Source of the DNA: a virus | Lineage: Duplodnaviria; Caudoviricetes | Virus record (IMG/VR): IMGVR_UViG_3300034175_000127 | Coordinates: 1 to 58,695 of that record | Direction: 5' to 3' (one strand) | Length of the DNA stretch: 58,695 nucleotides | Shown here: piece after piece, positions 57,959-58,695 of the stretch | How the letters are laid out: each line of letters opens with the position of its first letter | How positions within the stretch are numbered: the stretch's first letter is position 1 | Translations under genes and position numbers: made by a program | Notes under the pieces: model-generated | What the model saw: only the letters and a program-made list of their open reading frames with translations | Databases searched by the model: none | Told to the model about the DNA's origin: nothing

Positions 57959-58695
57959 ATGGCAGACGTTCTTACACTCCGGACAATTTTTCAGGGCGAT
58001 GACTCCAACGTGCGCGCGGTTGCGCGTGCTGTGGACAGGCTCATTGACGAGACCATTGCCAAGCGTCGCGGCTCCATCGTCCTGCCGATTCAAATCGGTA
58101 GCGGTTCCGGTGGAAGTGGCGGCGGTTTTGGCGGCAATCCCGAAAAAATTATTGCGGCCACTCTTGCCAAAATCGAGCAGGTCGAGAAGGTGTCTGCGGC
58201 CAGACAAGCCCAAATCGCGGGCGAAGGTGAAGCCAAACGTGCAGCTATCGAGGCTCAGGGCACGCAGCGGAGACTCAATCAACAGGCTCAAGCTCAGGCT
58301 CGTTTGGAAGCTCAACAGAGCGCGCATCTCCAGAAGCTGATTCAAAATCAGGAAAAAGCGGAGCAGCGTTTGGCGCTCAAGCCAAAAATGACGCTGGAAC
58401 AACGTGGCGAGCGTTTGCAAAACCTCGGAGGCTCGCTCAATCAAGCGGGCAACTCGCTCACGATGGGCGTGACGGCACCTGTTGTCGGCACAGCGGGTTT
58501 GGCTTTGCGTGAAGGCATCAAATTCGAGTCGAACTTTGCAGATGTCAAAAAGACCGTAGACGGCACGCTGATTCAGCTTGGGCGCATCCGATCTGAACTG
58601 CGCGAGATGTCCGCAGGAAAAAGCCCGATCCCAATTGATGTGAACGAACTGGCGCAAATCGCGGCCAGTGCGGGCGAACTCGGCATCCGGACTCC
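57959..58695 (+). CDS. Tape measure protein, N-terminal part (runs off the window end)
   Basis: MADVLTLR...LTMGVTAPVV...FESNFADVKKTVDG...ELAQIAASAGELGIRT; no stop codon before the window end. Confidence 0.9.
   Translation, partial: MADVLTLRTIFQGDDSNVRAVARAVDRLIDETIAKRRGSIVLPIQIGSGSGGSGGGFGGNPEKIIAATLAKIEQVEKVSAARQAQIAGEGEAKRAAIEAQGTQRRLNQQAQAQARLEAQQSAHLQKLIQNQEKAEQRLALKPKMTLEQRGERLQNLGGSLNQAGNSLTMGVTAPVVGTAGLALREGIKFESNFADVKKTVDGTLIQLGRIRSELREMSAGKSPIPIDVNELAQIAASAGELGIRT

Noticed and set aside
1-58695. tRNA/rRNA genes and host assignment
   Set aside because: No cloverleaf or rRNA signature was seen by eye, and host taxonomy cannot be supported without database searches.

Overview
The window looks like an almost complete, circularly permuted genome of a temperate siphovirus-like phage-plasmid. 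The tape-measure gene is split across the two ends (57959-58695, then 1-5093). Virion genes run on + from 43174 through the junction to 12287: TerS, TerL, a sigma-70 factor, a DUF935-type portal, a DUF6527-like protein, protease/scaffold, lambda-E-type capsid, tail tube, frameshifting tail chaperone, tape measure with an internal CHAP domain, GTA-like tail-tip trio and fibre proteins. A leftward lysis operon encodes a holin, an L,D-transpeptidase-like endolysin and a membrane-PAS-receiver protein. A long leftward early operon encodes RecT-like/exonuclease, ParB-like, ubiquitin-like, primase-like and DnaQ-like proteins. The centre holds a Zn-ribbon/S24 repressor-like gene, ParA/ParB, an iteron-RepA replicon and a tyrosine recombinase, followed by a D5/P4-type helicase with its own repeat origin. 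The most notable observations are: (i) a 6-kb clamp-like/ArdC/PRTRC (E1, E2, F) cassette bounded by identical 27-bp recombinase-like sites next to the recombinase; (ii) a ubiquitin-like conjugation kit dispersed across the phage; (iii) a PAS-REC sensor coupled to the endolysin; (iv) two families of dispersed cis-elements at operon heads; (v) a 30-aa tape-measure segment duplicated in an early protein. All family calls come from motif recognition by eye, not database searches, and the host cannot be determined from the sequence.
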